From: Kovacikia sp.
Lineage (GTDB): Bacteria > Cyanobacteriota > Cyanobacteriia > Leptolyngbyales > Leptolyngbyaceae
DNA length: 35,682 bases
NCBI GenBank assembly: GCA_049581985.1
Contig: JBAUTA010001062.1
Location: forward strand, 1 to 35,682
Direction of reading: 5' to 3'
Shown here: in pieces, positions 25,402-35,682 of the stretch
Position numbering within the stretch: the stretch's first letter is position 1
Layout of the letters: each line of letters starts with the position of its first letter
Translations under genes and position numbers: made by a program
Notes under the pieces: model-generated
What the model was told of the DNA's origin: nothing
What the model saw: the letters and a program-made list of their open reading frames with translations, nothing else
The model's database searches: none

Positions 25402-27768
25402 TCACTCTCTCGCTTTTAGAACAGCGACTAAATCGAGTTGGGCCAGCTGGCGACCAACGATCAGCCCAGAGAAAATAGCGGCTATCGTTACAACAATGAA
25501 AGCAAAGGCATAGCTGCCATTGGAGATCATGAGGGGGAAGCGGAAAATTTCCTGGTCGTAGGCAGCGACCAGCCAAACCACCCACCCGTAGCCAATCATA
25601 AAGCCGAGCGGAATAGCGGCCAAGGTGAGTATAGCCTGCTCACCCAGAAGAATGACTGCTACTTCCACCTGGGTAAAACCCATAATCCGCAGCGTCGCCA
25701 ATTCATGACTACGCTCCGATAGTGCAATGCGCGTCGTGTTGTAAACTACACCAAAGGTAATCACACAGGCAAAGACAATCATCACCAGGGTGGTGATACC
25801 CATCGTCTCCCCAATCGTTTTTTTAAACTGGTCAATCAAAAAATGATGGGCAGAAACCCCAGCCAGAGCAGGAGTCCGTTTGAGTAGCGTATACAGGGCA
25901 TCAATTTTGCTGGAATCTACGGCAAGATAGGCCCCAGAGATGGTTTCTCCTTCACGCAGCAAACGATGGAGCGCCCGAATATCCATATAGGCAGAAAGAT
26001 CCACCAGTTCATCCACCAGACCGACGACGGGAACTTTTCGGATCGGCCGTTCTCCCTCCAGAACTTCGACCGTGAGCCATTCACCCGGTTTGATACCCAG
26101 GATCTCCGCCAGTTTAGTCGTCAACACCACGCCCTCAGGCGGTAGCGGAACCGTATTCAGGTTTTGGTCCACGAGGCGGTGTAGCTGACCATCCGGCTCC
26201 AGACCGATAATCCCAACCCGACGGAAGCGGTGTTCAAAGCGTAAGCGGACAGGCACACTCCGGAATGTCTCAAAGGTAAGTACTCCGGGCAAATGGGCAA
26301 CTTCGTAACGGGTGCGAGCAGGACGGGCTTCGTTAAAGATGATCGTCATATCCTGGCGCTGGACATTGTAAAACTGCACCGTGAGAAGGCGATCAATGGC
26401 ATCGTTTAGGAATCCGCCTGTTACAAGGGTGGAGACGGCGAAGGCGATTCCCAACGTAGAAAACAGCGCCCGGATAGGTCTGCGTTCTATGCTGCGCAGA
26501 ATCATTCTGCCCACGGGAGTCAGGAGACGCTGCAGCCCGATCTGTTCAATAAAGGTAGGGCGAAAGCTCACCGGGGGCTCAGGACGCATCGCTTCAGCAG
26601 GGGGCAGCGTAACCACCCAACGGACGGCACTAAAAGCACCGAACACCGCCGAAAGTATGCTGATTGATAGGGCAATAGTCAGCAACCCCATACTGACTTC
26701 ATACCGCAGCAAGGGAAACCGGAAAAACTGCGTATAGTACTCCGTAAAAAGAGAGCCCAGTCTCAAACCCAGGAGCGTACCCCCTACGGTGCCAGGAAAT
26801 ATGATGATCAGTACAAATTTCAAGTAATGCACACCAATGGTTAGATGGTCATAGCCAAAAGCCTTCAACACGGCAATCTGGTCGCGCTGGGTACTCACCA
26901 ACCGGGAAAGAAGGATGTGAAGCAAAAATCCAGCAATACCAAGAAATAGGGCGGGTACCAAGGTTCCCGTTGCTTTGAGCGAATTGATTTCATCGGAGAG
27001 AAAACGGTTCGAAACCTGATCCTTGCGCCCATAGGCCCCAAAGCCACCATAGGGGTCCAATAGTCGGTCTACATGGAAAATCACATCGGCTTCAATAGCT
27101 CCTGGTGTTAGGGAAAGTGCTACATCATTGAAGGCCCCATCCATGTTAAAAGCAGTGCCCAGGGTATCGCGTCCCATCCAAATCACCCCAAACCGCTCAT
27201 TGTCCGGGAGGGGTACTCCGGCTCCCGGAATCTCGTAGACATACTCCGGGGAGAGGGCAATCCCGACGATCCGTAGCTTTTGCCAGCGTCCGTTAATAAC
27301 TGCTCCTAAGGAATCGCCCAGTTGGAGATGATTGGCTTGGGCAAAGGCTTCGCTGACCAGCACTTCGTTGCGTCGGTCCGCTTGGATGTAGCGTCCCTGA
27401 CGGATGAAAAGATCATTGAGCATCCGGGTCTGTTTTTCAGGGATGGATACCAATCGTCCGATGGCAGGCTCCTTTCGTCCAGGCACGTCAAGGGTCACAT
27501 CGCGTACCACCCGTAGTTGCACCTGAGCCACGCCCGGAATCGCCGCAATCTTGGGGAGCAGTGAATCGGGTGCCCGCTTCAGTTGTCCAAACACCTGTGC
27601 GAATCGGTATTGATGGTAATAAGCATCCTGGGAAAGCTTGAGCGATTCATAGGTGCTGGTCATCGTCACAAAGCTGGCAATGCCACAAATCACAATCAAC
27701 ACGATGGCGATCATTTGCCCCCGCCAGTTGAGCAAGTCCCGAAAGAGTTTTTGGTCGAGGGCTTTCAT
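25402..27768 (-). CDS. ABC transporter permease (duplicated FtsX/MacB type)
   Basis: Two MacB-PCD/FtsX repeats; QIAVLKAFGY and ELATLRIMGF motifs. Confidence 0.93.
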   Translation of the reverse strand: MKALDQKLFRDLLNWRGQMIAIVLIVICGIASFVTMTSTYESLKLSQDAYYHQYRFAQVFGQLKRAPDSLLPKIAAIPGVAQVQLRVVRDVTLDVPGRKEPAIGRLVSIPEKQTRMLNDLFIRQGRYIQADRRNEVLVSEAFAQANHLQLGDSLGAVINGRWQKLRIVGIALSPEYVYEIPGAGVPLPDNERFGVIWMGRDTLGTAFNMDGAFNDVALSLTPGAIEADVIFHVDRLLDPYGGFGAYGRKDQVSNRFLSDEINSLKATGTLVPALFLGIAGFLLHILLSRLVSTQRDQIAVLKAFGYDHLTIGVHYLKFVLIIIFPGTVGGTLLGLRLGSLFTEYYTQFFRFPLLRYEVSMGLLTIALSISILSAVFGAFSAVRWVVTLPPAEAMRPEPPVSFRPTFIEQIGLQRLLTPVGRMILRSIERRPIRALFSTLGIAFAVSTLVTGGFLNDAIDRLLTVQFYNVQRQDMTIIFNEARPARTRYEVAHLPGVLTFETFRSVPVRLRFEHRFRRVGIIGLEPDGQLHRLVDQNLNTVPLPPEGVVLTTKLAEILGIKPGEWLTVEVLEGERPIRKVPVVGLVDELVDLSAYMDIRALHRLLREGETISGAYLAVDSSKIDALYTLLKRTPALAGVSAHHFLIDQFKKTIGETMGITTLVMIVFACVITFGVVYNTTRIALSERSHELATLRIMGFTQVEVAVILLGEQAILTLAAIPLGFMIGYGWVVWLVAAYDQEIFRFPLMISNGSYAFAFIVVTIAAIFSGLIVGRQLAQLDLVAVLKARE

Positions 27769-27775
27769 AGACTGC

Positions 27776-28537
27776 TTACCACTCTAGTTCGGCAGGGGTC
27801 ACCTTCGTTTCATTGCGCTGTATGCGGACGATTTCACCACTACGCATCATAATCACTCGGTCTGCCATGGCGGAGATGCCCGCGTTGTGCGTAATCACGG
27901 CGATGGTTGTGCCCAGTTCACGGTTTACCTCTGCCAGGGCTTCCAGGACCAGTTTCCCCGTTTGGTAGTCTAGGGCCCCCGTCGGTTCATCACAGAGTAG
28001 TACTTCAGGACGCTTGGCAATAGCACGGGCAATCGCTACGCGCTGCTGCTCCCCGCCAGACAGCTGGGCAGGAAAGTGGTCCAGTCGATCCCCCAAGCCT
28101 ACGAGTTCTAAAGCGCGCTCCGGTTCCATCGGACCGGTGGCAATCTCGGTGACCAGTGCCACATTCTCTCGAGCCGTGAGACTAGGAATCAGGTTATAGA
28201 ACTGAAAAACAAAACCAATGCATTCTCTGCGGAAACGGGTGAGTTCGGCATTACTGGCATTGGTCAAGTCTCGATCCCGGAAAAACACATGACCAGAGGA
28301 AGGAACATCCAGCCCCCCGAGAATATTGAGCAGAGTCGATTTCCCACTGCCCGAAGGCCCTAGCAGGACCACGAACTCGCCTTCATAAAGGTCCAGATCC
28401 ACAGAGCGAAGCGCATGCACTTCGATATCACCCATATGGTAAATCTTGGAAATTCCATGTACATGAAAAACAACCCCTGGCGGTGCTGCTATATCCGGGT
28501 AGGGTTTAGGTGTCTTTTTCCAGTTACTTCCTACCAT
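27776..28537 (-). CDS. ABC transporter ATP-binding protein (LolD/MacB type)
   Basis: [42 protein letters not shown]. Confidence 0.96.
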   Translation of the reverse strand: MVGSNWKKTPKPYPDIAAPPGVVFHVHGISKIYHMGDIEVHALRSVDLDLYEGEFVVLLGPSGSGKSTLLNILGGLDVPSSGHVFFRDRDLTNASNAELTRFRRECIGFVFQFYNLIPSLTARENVALVTEIATGPMEPERALELVGLGDRLDHFPAQLSGGEQQRVAIARAIAKRPEVLLCDEPTGALDYQTGKLVLEALAEVNRELGTTIAVITHNAGISAMADRVIMMRSGEIVRIQRNETKVTPAELEW

Positions 28538-28686
28538 CGCGTTCTACCTTTTTTTCGGAGCGATAGAATTCAGTTGAGTCTACGCACACACTTAGATTGT
28601 TTCTCTATCAATAACTCAACGGTAGAGGTTAATTCTGAGGAATTTGTGAGGGGACCTATAAATTCATTGGAATCGAAATAATAACT

Positions 28687-29232
28687 ATGAGTCAGCACGC
28701 TCCCTACCTAGACAAAAACAGCAAACAGACTCTTCGCGAAGGTTTAATGGAATACTACGCCCTCAATTCCCATGTCACACCGCCTGAGACTCAGCCGCCA
28801 GAATTCGCCAAAATCCTGCTTGCTCATGATGTGGGTCATGTCATTTACGGTTGCGACACCGGAATGTATGACGAATTAAAAATTCTGCCGCTATTTTGGT
28901 GGACAAGTGAGTGTACTTTTCAGACCTATCTAAAGATGAAAGATTCCCCCGCTGTAGACGTTATGTATGCCGATATGATTAGAGAAAAGGGTGTACTTTG
29001 GCTCTATGGTGCAATTCTTAGAGTGCTTCCTCTGCTTATGCCAGAACTGATCTCCATTTGGTTCAAAACTCGTAAACGCCAAAATCGCCTTCCTTTTCTG
29101 GAGTTTGAGCCTTTGCTTGATCGATCTCTTCTAGACATTCGCCAGGAGTTTAATCTGTTGCCGTTTATCAAAGGTAAGCGCGACTCCGATGAGCAGGAGC
29201 AGAGCGGCAGCACCCAGACGAGTAGCCGATGA
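28687..29232 (+). CDS. Hypothetical protein with Coq4-like HDxxH-(x)11-E metal motif
   Basis: HDVGH-VIYGCDTGMYD-E. The C-terminal 'E.LLD.SL.DIRQEFNL' also resembles Coq4-type proteins. Confidence 0.65.
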   Translation: MSQHAPYLDKNSKQTLREGLMEYYALNSHVTPPETQPPEFAKILLAHDVGHVIYGCDTGMYDELKILPLFWWTSECTFQTYLKMKDSPAVDVMYADMIREKGVLWLYGAILRVLPLLMPELISIWFKTRKRQNRLPFLEFEPLLDRSLLDIRQEFNLLPFIKGKRDSDEQEQSGSTQTSSR

Positions 29233-29463
29233 CTTTCGACCCATCACCGCTCCCGTGCCTGAGGCGGACATTACGGAGGCGCGGCAGCGGAACGAGAGCA
29301 CAGAGCCGACCGATAAAGCTGAACCAAGCGACAGAATCGACCCGAACGAGCCGACCGAACCGACCGAACACGCTGAGCCTATCGAGCCTATCGACAGGAT
29401 GGAGTCCTTAGAGCCAATGCAGAGCAACGACCCCTCCGACCAGAGCGACCAGCGAGAATTCAC
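29131..29463 (-). CDS. Ser-triplet repeat hypothetical protein with C-terminal hydrophobic segment
   Basis: GTG start behind a strong GGAGG RBS; Ser or Cys at every third residue for 66 aa. Confidence 0.65.
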   Translation of the reverse strand: MNSRWSLWSEGSLLCIGSKDSILSIGSIGSACSVGSVGSFGSILSLGSALSVGSVLSFRCRASVMSASGTGAVMGRKSSATRLGAAALLLLIGVALTFDKRQQIKLLANV

Positions 29464-29654
29464 GAGATCTCCTCCCCTTCGTTGACTCCTAAAAAATAGC
29501 TAAAAATCTCTCGCGGCGATAGGGTTTAAAACTCGTAGATCAGGGATATCGAGGCGATGCCGTGTGCTGTCTATTTGGTTCTCACCCTCCCTACACAGAG
29601 GTGTTTTGTGCCGAGGCGACGAGGGCCGTAGTGAAGGCGATAAAACAGCATAAC

Positions 29655-30689
<1,035 letters not shown>

Positions 30690-30848
30690 AGTTTTTTAGA
30701 TTTAGGTTGATTCGCTTACGCTTCCATTAAGCCAAACCCTACAGGCAGGGTACATTCATATTCTCTAGAGAGGGCGGCTTTCGCCTCCACCGCAATAAAC
30801 TAAATGTACATATCAAGGTTCATAAGACTTCTTGCCCGTAAACAACTT

Positions 30849-31928
30849 CTATCGGTAACGATAGTAAGCAGCACAGGCCCCTTCTGAGGAAACCATCGGA
30901 GCACCAAGCGGATTTTCTGGGCTGCAGCGCGTGCCGAAAGCAGGACACTCGTGCGGTTTTTTCACGCCTTGGAGCACCAATCCACTGATGCATTCTGTTT
31001 GAGCGCGCTCAGGTGCTACTTTGATGTCAAAGCGACGTTCTGCATCAAATTTGGCATATTTTATACGCAACCCCAAACCACTTTTAGGAATCTCGCCTAT
31101 GCCACGCCACAGACGGGGAACGATTTCAAAGACATCACGAATCAGATTTTGCGCTGTTTCATTGCCCCTGCGGCGAACGGAACGAGCATATTGATTTTCC
31201 ACCTGTGCTTTTCCTGACTCTAATTGTTGGATACATAGGTACACGCCTTGCAGAATATCTACGGGCTCAAAACCTGTAACTACGATAGGAACCTGATATT
31301 TTTGAGCAATCGGTTCATACTCGGTATAGCCCATCACCGTGCATACATGTCCCGCTGCTAAAAATCCTTGAATACAGTTGTTCGAGGAAGAAAGAATCGC
31401 TTCCATAGCCGGCGGGACCAGGACATGGGACACCAGCATAGAGAAATTTTCAAGTCCCTGCTGATGAGCTTGATAAATAGCCATGGCCGTAGCAGGAGCC
31501 GTAGTCTCAAACCCTACAGCAAAGAAAACCACCTGCTTCTGGGGATACATTTGAGCGGTTTTTAGGGCATCTAAGGGTGAGTAAACAATGCGGATATCAC
31601 CACCGTTGGCTTTAACGGTAAGCAAGTCTTTTTCAGTACCAGGAACCCGCAGCATATCGCCAAAAGAGCAGAGGATAACATCAGATTGAGAAGCAAGAAT
31701 AAGGGCTTTATCGATTAATTCAATCGGGGTAACACAGACGGGACAACCGGGGCCATGAATGAGGGTGACTGCTGAGGGTAAAAGTGCATCCAGCCCAAAT
31801 TTCACAATCGAATGGGTCTGTCCGCCACAGACTTCCATGATCTTCCAGGGTTTGGTTGTTATCTGAGCGATAGCATGGACGTATTGTTGCGCAGATTGAG
31901 CATTACGGTATTCATCCACAAATTTCAT
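30849..31928 (-). CDS. hypD: [NiFe]-hydrogenase maturation protein HypD
   Basis: [26 protein letters not shown], and four C-terminal Fe-S Cys ending MVSSEGAC. Confidence 0.96.
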   Translation of the reverse strand: MKFVDEYRNAQSAQQYVHAIAQITTKPWKIMEVCGGQTHSIVKFGLDALLPSAVTLIHGPGCPVCVTPIELIDKALILASQSDVILCSFGDMLRVPGTEKDLLTVKANGGDIRIVYSPLDALKTAQMYPQKQVVFFAVGFETTAPATAMAIYQAHQQGLENFSMLVSHVLVPPAMEAILSSSNNCIQGFLAAGHVCTVMGYTEYEPIAQKYQVPIVVTGFEPVDILQGVYLCIQQLESGKAQVENQYARSVRRRGNETAQNLIRDVFEIVPRLWRGIGEIPKSGLGLRIKYAKFDAERRFDIKVAPERAQTECISGLVLQGVKKPHECPAFGTRCSPENPLGAPMVSSEGACAAYYRYR

Positions 31929-32093
31929 GGCGAATTTCCCATTTTTTAGAGGCTATTCAAGCAAGCTGCTAGTTTGTATCATGGCCCCCCATATAATTTA
32001 CAGCGCTACATCCCTATAGCTAGTAGTATTCTCTTCACCAATTTTTCTCCAGCTGAACTTAGCATGGGTCTACTGTGTTTGAGTTGAGAAAGC

Positions 32094-33410
32094 TTGCTAT
32101 CACGGTTTTGTTTGATGGGCTGGGTCACTGCGGTTGCCTATTTCCTCATTACTTCCACTGCAGTATGGGCTCAGACTGCCCAGCCCCCCCTCCTGAATTT
32201 GCGTCTGGAAGAAGCACTAGGTAAGGCCGAGTTGAACAACCCCCAACTGCTGGCTGCTCGCCGAAGCATCGCTGTTGCCGAATCGGGGGTCGCTATCGCT
32301 GGCGTTGGTCCTAATCCACGTCTGGCTTTGGATATCCCGGTCGGTCTAGCGGAGACCAAACGTGCCCTTGGCTTTGAGCAGCCCATTGAGTTGGGAGGCA
32401 AACGCGCAGCTCGCTTGGCCCTTGCCCGAGACCAGACACGAACAGCCCAGCTCCAGTTAGAAATGATGCGCTGGCAAATACGCATGGATGTCCGGCAAGC
32501 TTATGCTGAACTGGCAATCGCTCAGGCTGCACATAATCAGGCCGAACGCATGGTGGAACTGAACAAGCAATTGGTCGAGATTGCGCGTAAACGTTTAGCA
32601 GCTGGAGATGTGGCCGAGGTAGACCTGATCCAGACACGCTTTGTCTTAGAGCGAGCACGCCAACGTCTTGAACCGACGAAAAACCGGGTCCGCCAAGCAA
32701 ATATTAAGCTAGCTAGCTTACTGGGTCAGCCGACAGAAATTCTGATAGAACCCAGCGATGGAAGGCAATTTAACCTGTCTATCGAAGAGGCGCAAAAGAC
32801 TCCGGAGACGCTACCTCCCTTGCCAGACCTCACAGGGCTTCAGCAGATAGCCAGACGTACACGGTTGGACCTGAATTTAGCCAAGCTGCAGCAGCGTATT
32901 AGCGATGACCAATTAGCCCTAGCTCGTTCTGCCCAGGTTCCAGATATTGCCGTGGCAGGCGGATTCATCTGGGATCCGGTTGCGGATACAACCGGAGCGC
33001 TCCTCGGTATTCGGGTCGAGTTGCCCCTGTTTAATAAGCATCAAGGAGAAGTGAATCAGGCTCAGTCGAATCAGTCCCTGGCTGAAGCGCAACGGTTCGC
33101 GCTCGAACAACAGGTAGACCGGGAGGTGGCTGCGGCCTACCAAGACGTCCGTAGCAGCCAGCGACTTTTGCAGCAAGACCGCTCTCTATTGCTGCCTCAG
33201 TCTGAACAAGTATTAGATTTAGCGCGTAAGAGCTATCAGTTCGGTCAAACTGGGCTAACCGATGTTCTCGTTGCGCAGCAATCTGTGCAGGATCAGCGAG
33301 ATGCTTACTATAACGATGTTCTGACCTATCAGACGGCCCTGGGTACGCTGGAACGCGCTGTTAACCGACCCCTTTTCGCGAGTAAGCCAGATGCTCCAAC
33401 CATTCCCTAA
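32094..33410 (+). CDS. TolC family outer-membrane efflux protein (CzcC-like)
   Basis: Signal peptide, NP.L.AAR, QPIELGGKR.AR, LPLFN..QG. The start is uncertain (TTG 32094 or ATG 32115). Confidence 0.92.
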   Translation: MLSRFCLMGWVTAVAYFLITSTAVWAQTAQPPLLNLRLEEALGKAELNNPQLLAARRSIAVAESGVAIAGVGPNPRLALDIPVGLAETKRALGFEQPIELGGKRAARLALARDQTRTAQLQLEMMRWQIRMDVRQAYAELAIAQAAHNQAERMVELNKQLVEIARKRLAAGDVAEVDLIQTRFVLERARQRLEPTKNRVRQANIKLASLLGQPTEILIEPSDGRQFNLSIEEAQKTPETLPPLPDLTGLQQIARRTRLDLNLAKLQQRISDDQLALARSAQVPDIAVAGGFIWDPVADTTGALLGIRVELPLFNKHQGEVNQAQSNQSLAEAQRFALEQQVDREVAAAYQDVRSSQRLLQQDRSLLLPQSEQVLDLARKSYQFGQTGLTDVLVAQQSVQDQRDAYYNDVLTYQTALGTLERAVNRPLFASKPDAPTIP

Positions 33411-34527
33411 AGCGGCGGTTAGCTTTCTGCTGCTGGTTTTGCTCGCAGGCTGTCAGAAGGTGAGCCCGGCAGAGGACCCTACCCCAACGCCCGTCGTTCG
33501 CCTGCCGATTGTCCAAGTGCAGCGCCAAAACCTATCGAATATCGTCACGCTCACAGGAACGGTGAATGCGCTGCCGGATCATTCGGTCAAAGTCAGTCCG
33601 GCGGTGGCGGGCAAACTAATCGCAGTGTTAGTGGTGCCCGGACAGCGCATCTATCGTGGACAGCTCATCGCCCGCCTGGATAACCGCCAAGTAAAAGACC
33701 AGATTGCCCAGGCGGATGCTGTTTTACAGGGTTCCATTTCAGCAGTTGCTCAGGCCCAAACCAATTTGACGCTCGCTCGCAACACGCTGGCGCGTGTGCA
33801 GATGCTCTACAACGAAAAGATTGCCCCTCAGAAGGATTTGATTGCTGCCCAAAGTCAGGTGGCCACCAGTCAGGAGCAAGTACGGTCTGCCAAGGCTCAG
33901 GTTGCTCAGGCACGAGCCTCGCGCGCTCAAGTGGCAACACAGTTGGGTTTTGCAGAGTTGCGCAGTCCGATCTCAGGCGTAGTGGCGCGCCGATTGCTCA
34001 ATGCCGGGGATACCGTTGACCCAGTCACCCCCGTCCTCCAGGTAGTGGATCTGGAGACGGTAGTGATTAACGCAAGCCTGCCTGCCGATTCATCAGCTCC
34101 TATCCGAATCCAGCAATCGGCTCGTGTTCGCAGTGCTGCCCAACCTGGGGTCAGCTTTCCAGCAACAGTTACTGCTATCAGCCCTGTGGTCGACCTCCAA
34201 AGCAATACGCTCGCTGTCCAAATGCGTTGCGCTAACCGACAGGGAGAACTGAAAGAAGGACAATCGGTGACTGTCCAGATCACAACCGGGATGCACAGGG
34301 GTGCGCTCACGGTTCCGAAGACGGCTCTGGTCCCAGATCCTGAGAAGCCTGGGCAGAGGCTTGTTTACAGGTTCCGCTCAGGCAAAATTTCCCGTGTTCC
34401 TGTGCAAACCGGAATTGAAGAAGGCGGACGCATTGAAATTACTAGCGGTCTTTCCAGTGGTGAAGAGGTCGCAGCCAGCGGGGCCTACGGCCTGCCGGAT
34501 GGTACTACGGTGGAGGCTATACGATGA
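33391..34527 (+). CDS. RND efflux periplasmic adaptor lipoprotein
   Basis: Lipobox LAGC, VSPAVAG and LRSPISG, overlapping both neighbours. Confidence 0.93.
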   Translation: MLQPFPKAAVSFLLLVLLAGCQKVSPAEDPTPTPVVRLPIVQVQRQNLSNIVTLTGTVNALPDHSVKVSPAVAGKLIAVLVVPGQRIYRGQLIARLDNRQVKDQIAQADAVLQGSISAVAQAQTNLTLARNTLARVQMLYNEKIAPQKDLIAAQSQVATSQEQVRSAKAQVAQARASRAQVATQLGFAELRSPISGVVARRLLNAGDTVDPVTPVLQVVDLETVVINASLPADSSAPIRIQQSARVRSAAQPGVSFPATVTAISPVVDLQSNTLAVQMRCANRQGELKEGQSVTVQITTGMHRGALTVPKTALVPDPEKPGQRLVYRFRSGKISRVPVQTGIEEGGRIEITSGLSSGEEVAASGAYGLPDGTTVEAIR

Positions 34528-35682
34528 TCCGCTTCACCAAAATCCTCCAATCACAAGCGAGAGCTATTTACCTGGTTTTTGCGCTGGTAGCCGTTGTCGG
34601 TCTGCTGGCCTATTTAAACCTGCCCTCAGATGTCTACCCAGAACTTTCCTTTCCTCGAATTGCCGTTATTGCCGAGGTGGGCGATACTTCCCCTGAGCGG
34701 GTGGTCGTCACTGTCACGCGACCGCTAGAAGAAGCTGCGGGACAGGTCTATCGGGTGCGATGGGTCCGTTCGAAAACAATTCGCGGTTCAACGGAGCTAT
34801 CGATTGAGTTTCAGCCAGGCACAGACATGCAGTATGCCCTGCAGCAGTTGCAGACCCGCATTGCTGAAACACGCGCCAGCCTACCTGCGAATGTCAACTT
34901 AACCATTGAGCGCATTACTCCAGCTATTTTCCCGGTTCTTGGTTACAACGTCAGCACGCCAACCCTGACACAGGCAGACCTCTACACGATTGCTCGCTAC
35001 CAGATCCAGTCTCGTCTGACTAAGGTGCCAGGGGTCGCCCGTGTCCAGATCCAGGGCGGAGATATTCCCCAAGTAGCGATTGAAATAGACCCGGCGAAAC
35101 TCAAAAGCTATAGTCTCAGCCTTACCCAGGTCGCGGATGCCCTGACCCGCACCAACCAGATCCAGGTGGTGGGGAAACTCGATGCCCGCTATCAGCAAAA
35201 TCTGGTTGTTTCCACCAACGAAGCTACGGAGCCATCTCAGCTTGGAGGGGTTGTGGTCGCAACGCGCCCCGGAGCAGTGCCGATTTTCCTGAGAGATCTG
35301 GGGCGCATCCGGTCAGGGCGAGCGGACCGCACCCGTCTGGTCAGCGTAGATGGACATCCCGGCCTGACTTTGAATATCTTTCGCCAGCCGAACAGCAACG
35401 TGGTGGCTGTTTCTGATGGCGTGCGCAAGGAATTGGCCGATATCAAAAAGATTTTGCCTGCTGGGATGCAAATCCGTCCGGCCTATGATGAATCGGGCCT
35501 CGTAGTGGATGCTATCGCCAATGTGCGCGATGCGATTGCCATCGGCATTGTCCTAATCATGGTTGTTCTCTATTTCTTCCTGCGCGAGTGGCGCAGCACA
35601 GCGATTGCAGCCCTAACGATTCCCCTGTCGGCTCTGGCTGCTTTTGCCGTGCTTTTTTTGGTTGGGCAGAGCCTCAACTTAA
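34524..35682 (+). CDS. RND efflux permease (AcrB/CzcA family), partial, runs off window
   Basis: ATGA overlap with the adaptor gene. Reads MIRFTKILQSQARAIYLVFALVAVVGLLAYLNLPSDVYPELSFP..VTRPLEEA..YDES..FLREWRST..IPLS; no in-frame stop seen. Missing from the ORF track because it has no stop. Confidence 0.93.
   Translation, partial: MIRFTKILQSQARAIYLVFALVAVVGLLAYLNLPSDVYPELSFPRIAVIAEVGDTSPERVVVTVTRPLEEAAGQVYRVRWVRSKTIRGSTELSIEFQPGTDMQYALQQLQTRIAETRASLPANVNLTIERITPAIFPVLGYNVSTPTLTQADLYTIARYQIQSRLTKVPGVARVQIQGGDIPQVAIEIDPAKLKSYSLSLTQVADALTRTNQIQVVGKLDARYQQNLVVSTNEATEPSQLGGVVVATRPGAVPIFLRDLGRIRSGRADRTRLVSVDGHPGLTLNIFRQPNSNVVAVSDGVRKELADIKKILPAGMQIRPAYDESGLVVDAIANVRDAIAIGIVLIMVVLYFFLREWRSTAIAALTIPLSALAAFAVLFLVGQSLNL

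Noticed and set aside
23997..28537. ABC exporter as devBCA or as part of the nitrogen island
   Set aside because: The 788 aa duplicated FtsX permease is not DevC-like. There are no HIP1 sites and it is convergent with argZ; it looks like an ordinary MacAB-type system.
29189..29485. Plus-strand acidic/Pro-rich repeat ORF
   Set aside because: Reads as the antisense shadow of the Ser-triplet ORF, which has the strong RBS.
30725..30848. Remnant of hypE or an AKR start downstream of hypD
   Set aside because: Only a few suggestive residues (YECTLPVGFGLM); not enough to support.

Overview
Cyanobacterial genomic window (plastocyanin, NtcA boxes, cyanophycin genes) with a mosaic structure. From left to right: decayed toxin-antitoxin remnants, a GH57 glycoside hydrolase, petE, and a GC-rich SulP fragment that looks foreign. 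Next comes a ~18 kb block holding the whole cyanophycin-to-glutamate route (cphB, cphA, putA, iaaA-type isoaspartyl peptidase, argZ/agrE) plus three uncharacterised genes (propeller-transglutaminase, DUF2283, DUF4327). A TetR-controlled redox/detox module interrupts that block. The right end has a MacAB-type ABC exporter, a Coq4-motif protein, an (X-X-Ser)22 repeat protein, an aldo/keto reductase, a solitary hypD and a TolC-MFP-RND efflux operon running off the window. Ten of the 11 perfect HIP1 octamers I found lie in the nitrogen block, suggesting it was acquired as an island from a HIP1-rich cyanobacterium into a HIP1-poor host (inference). No rRNA, tRNA or CRISPR array was seen. All family calls come from motif recognition by eye; no database searches were run.
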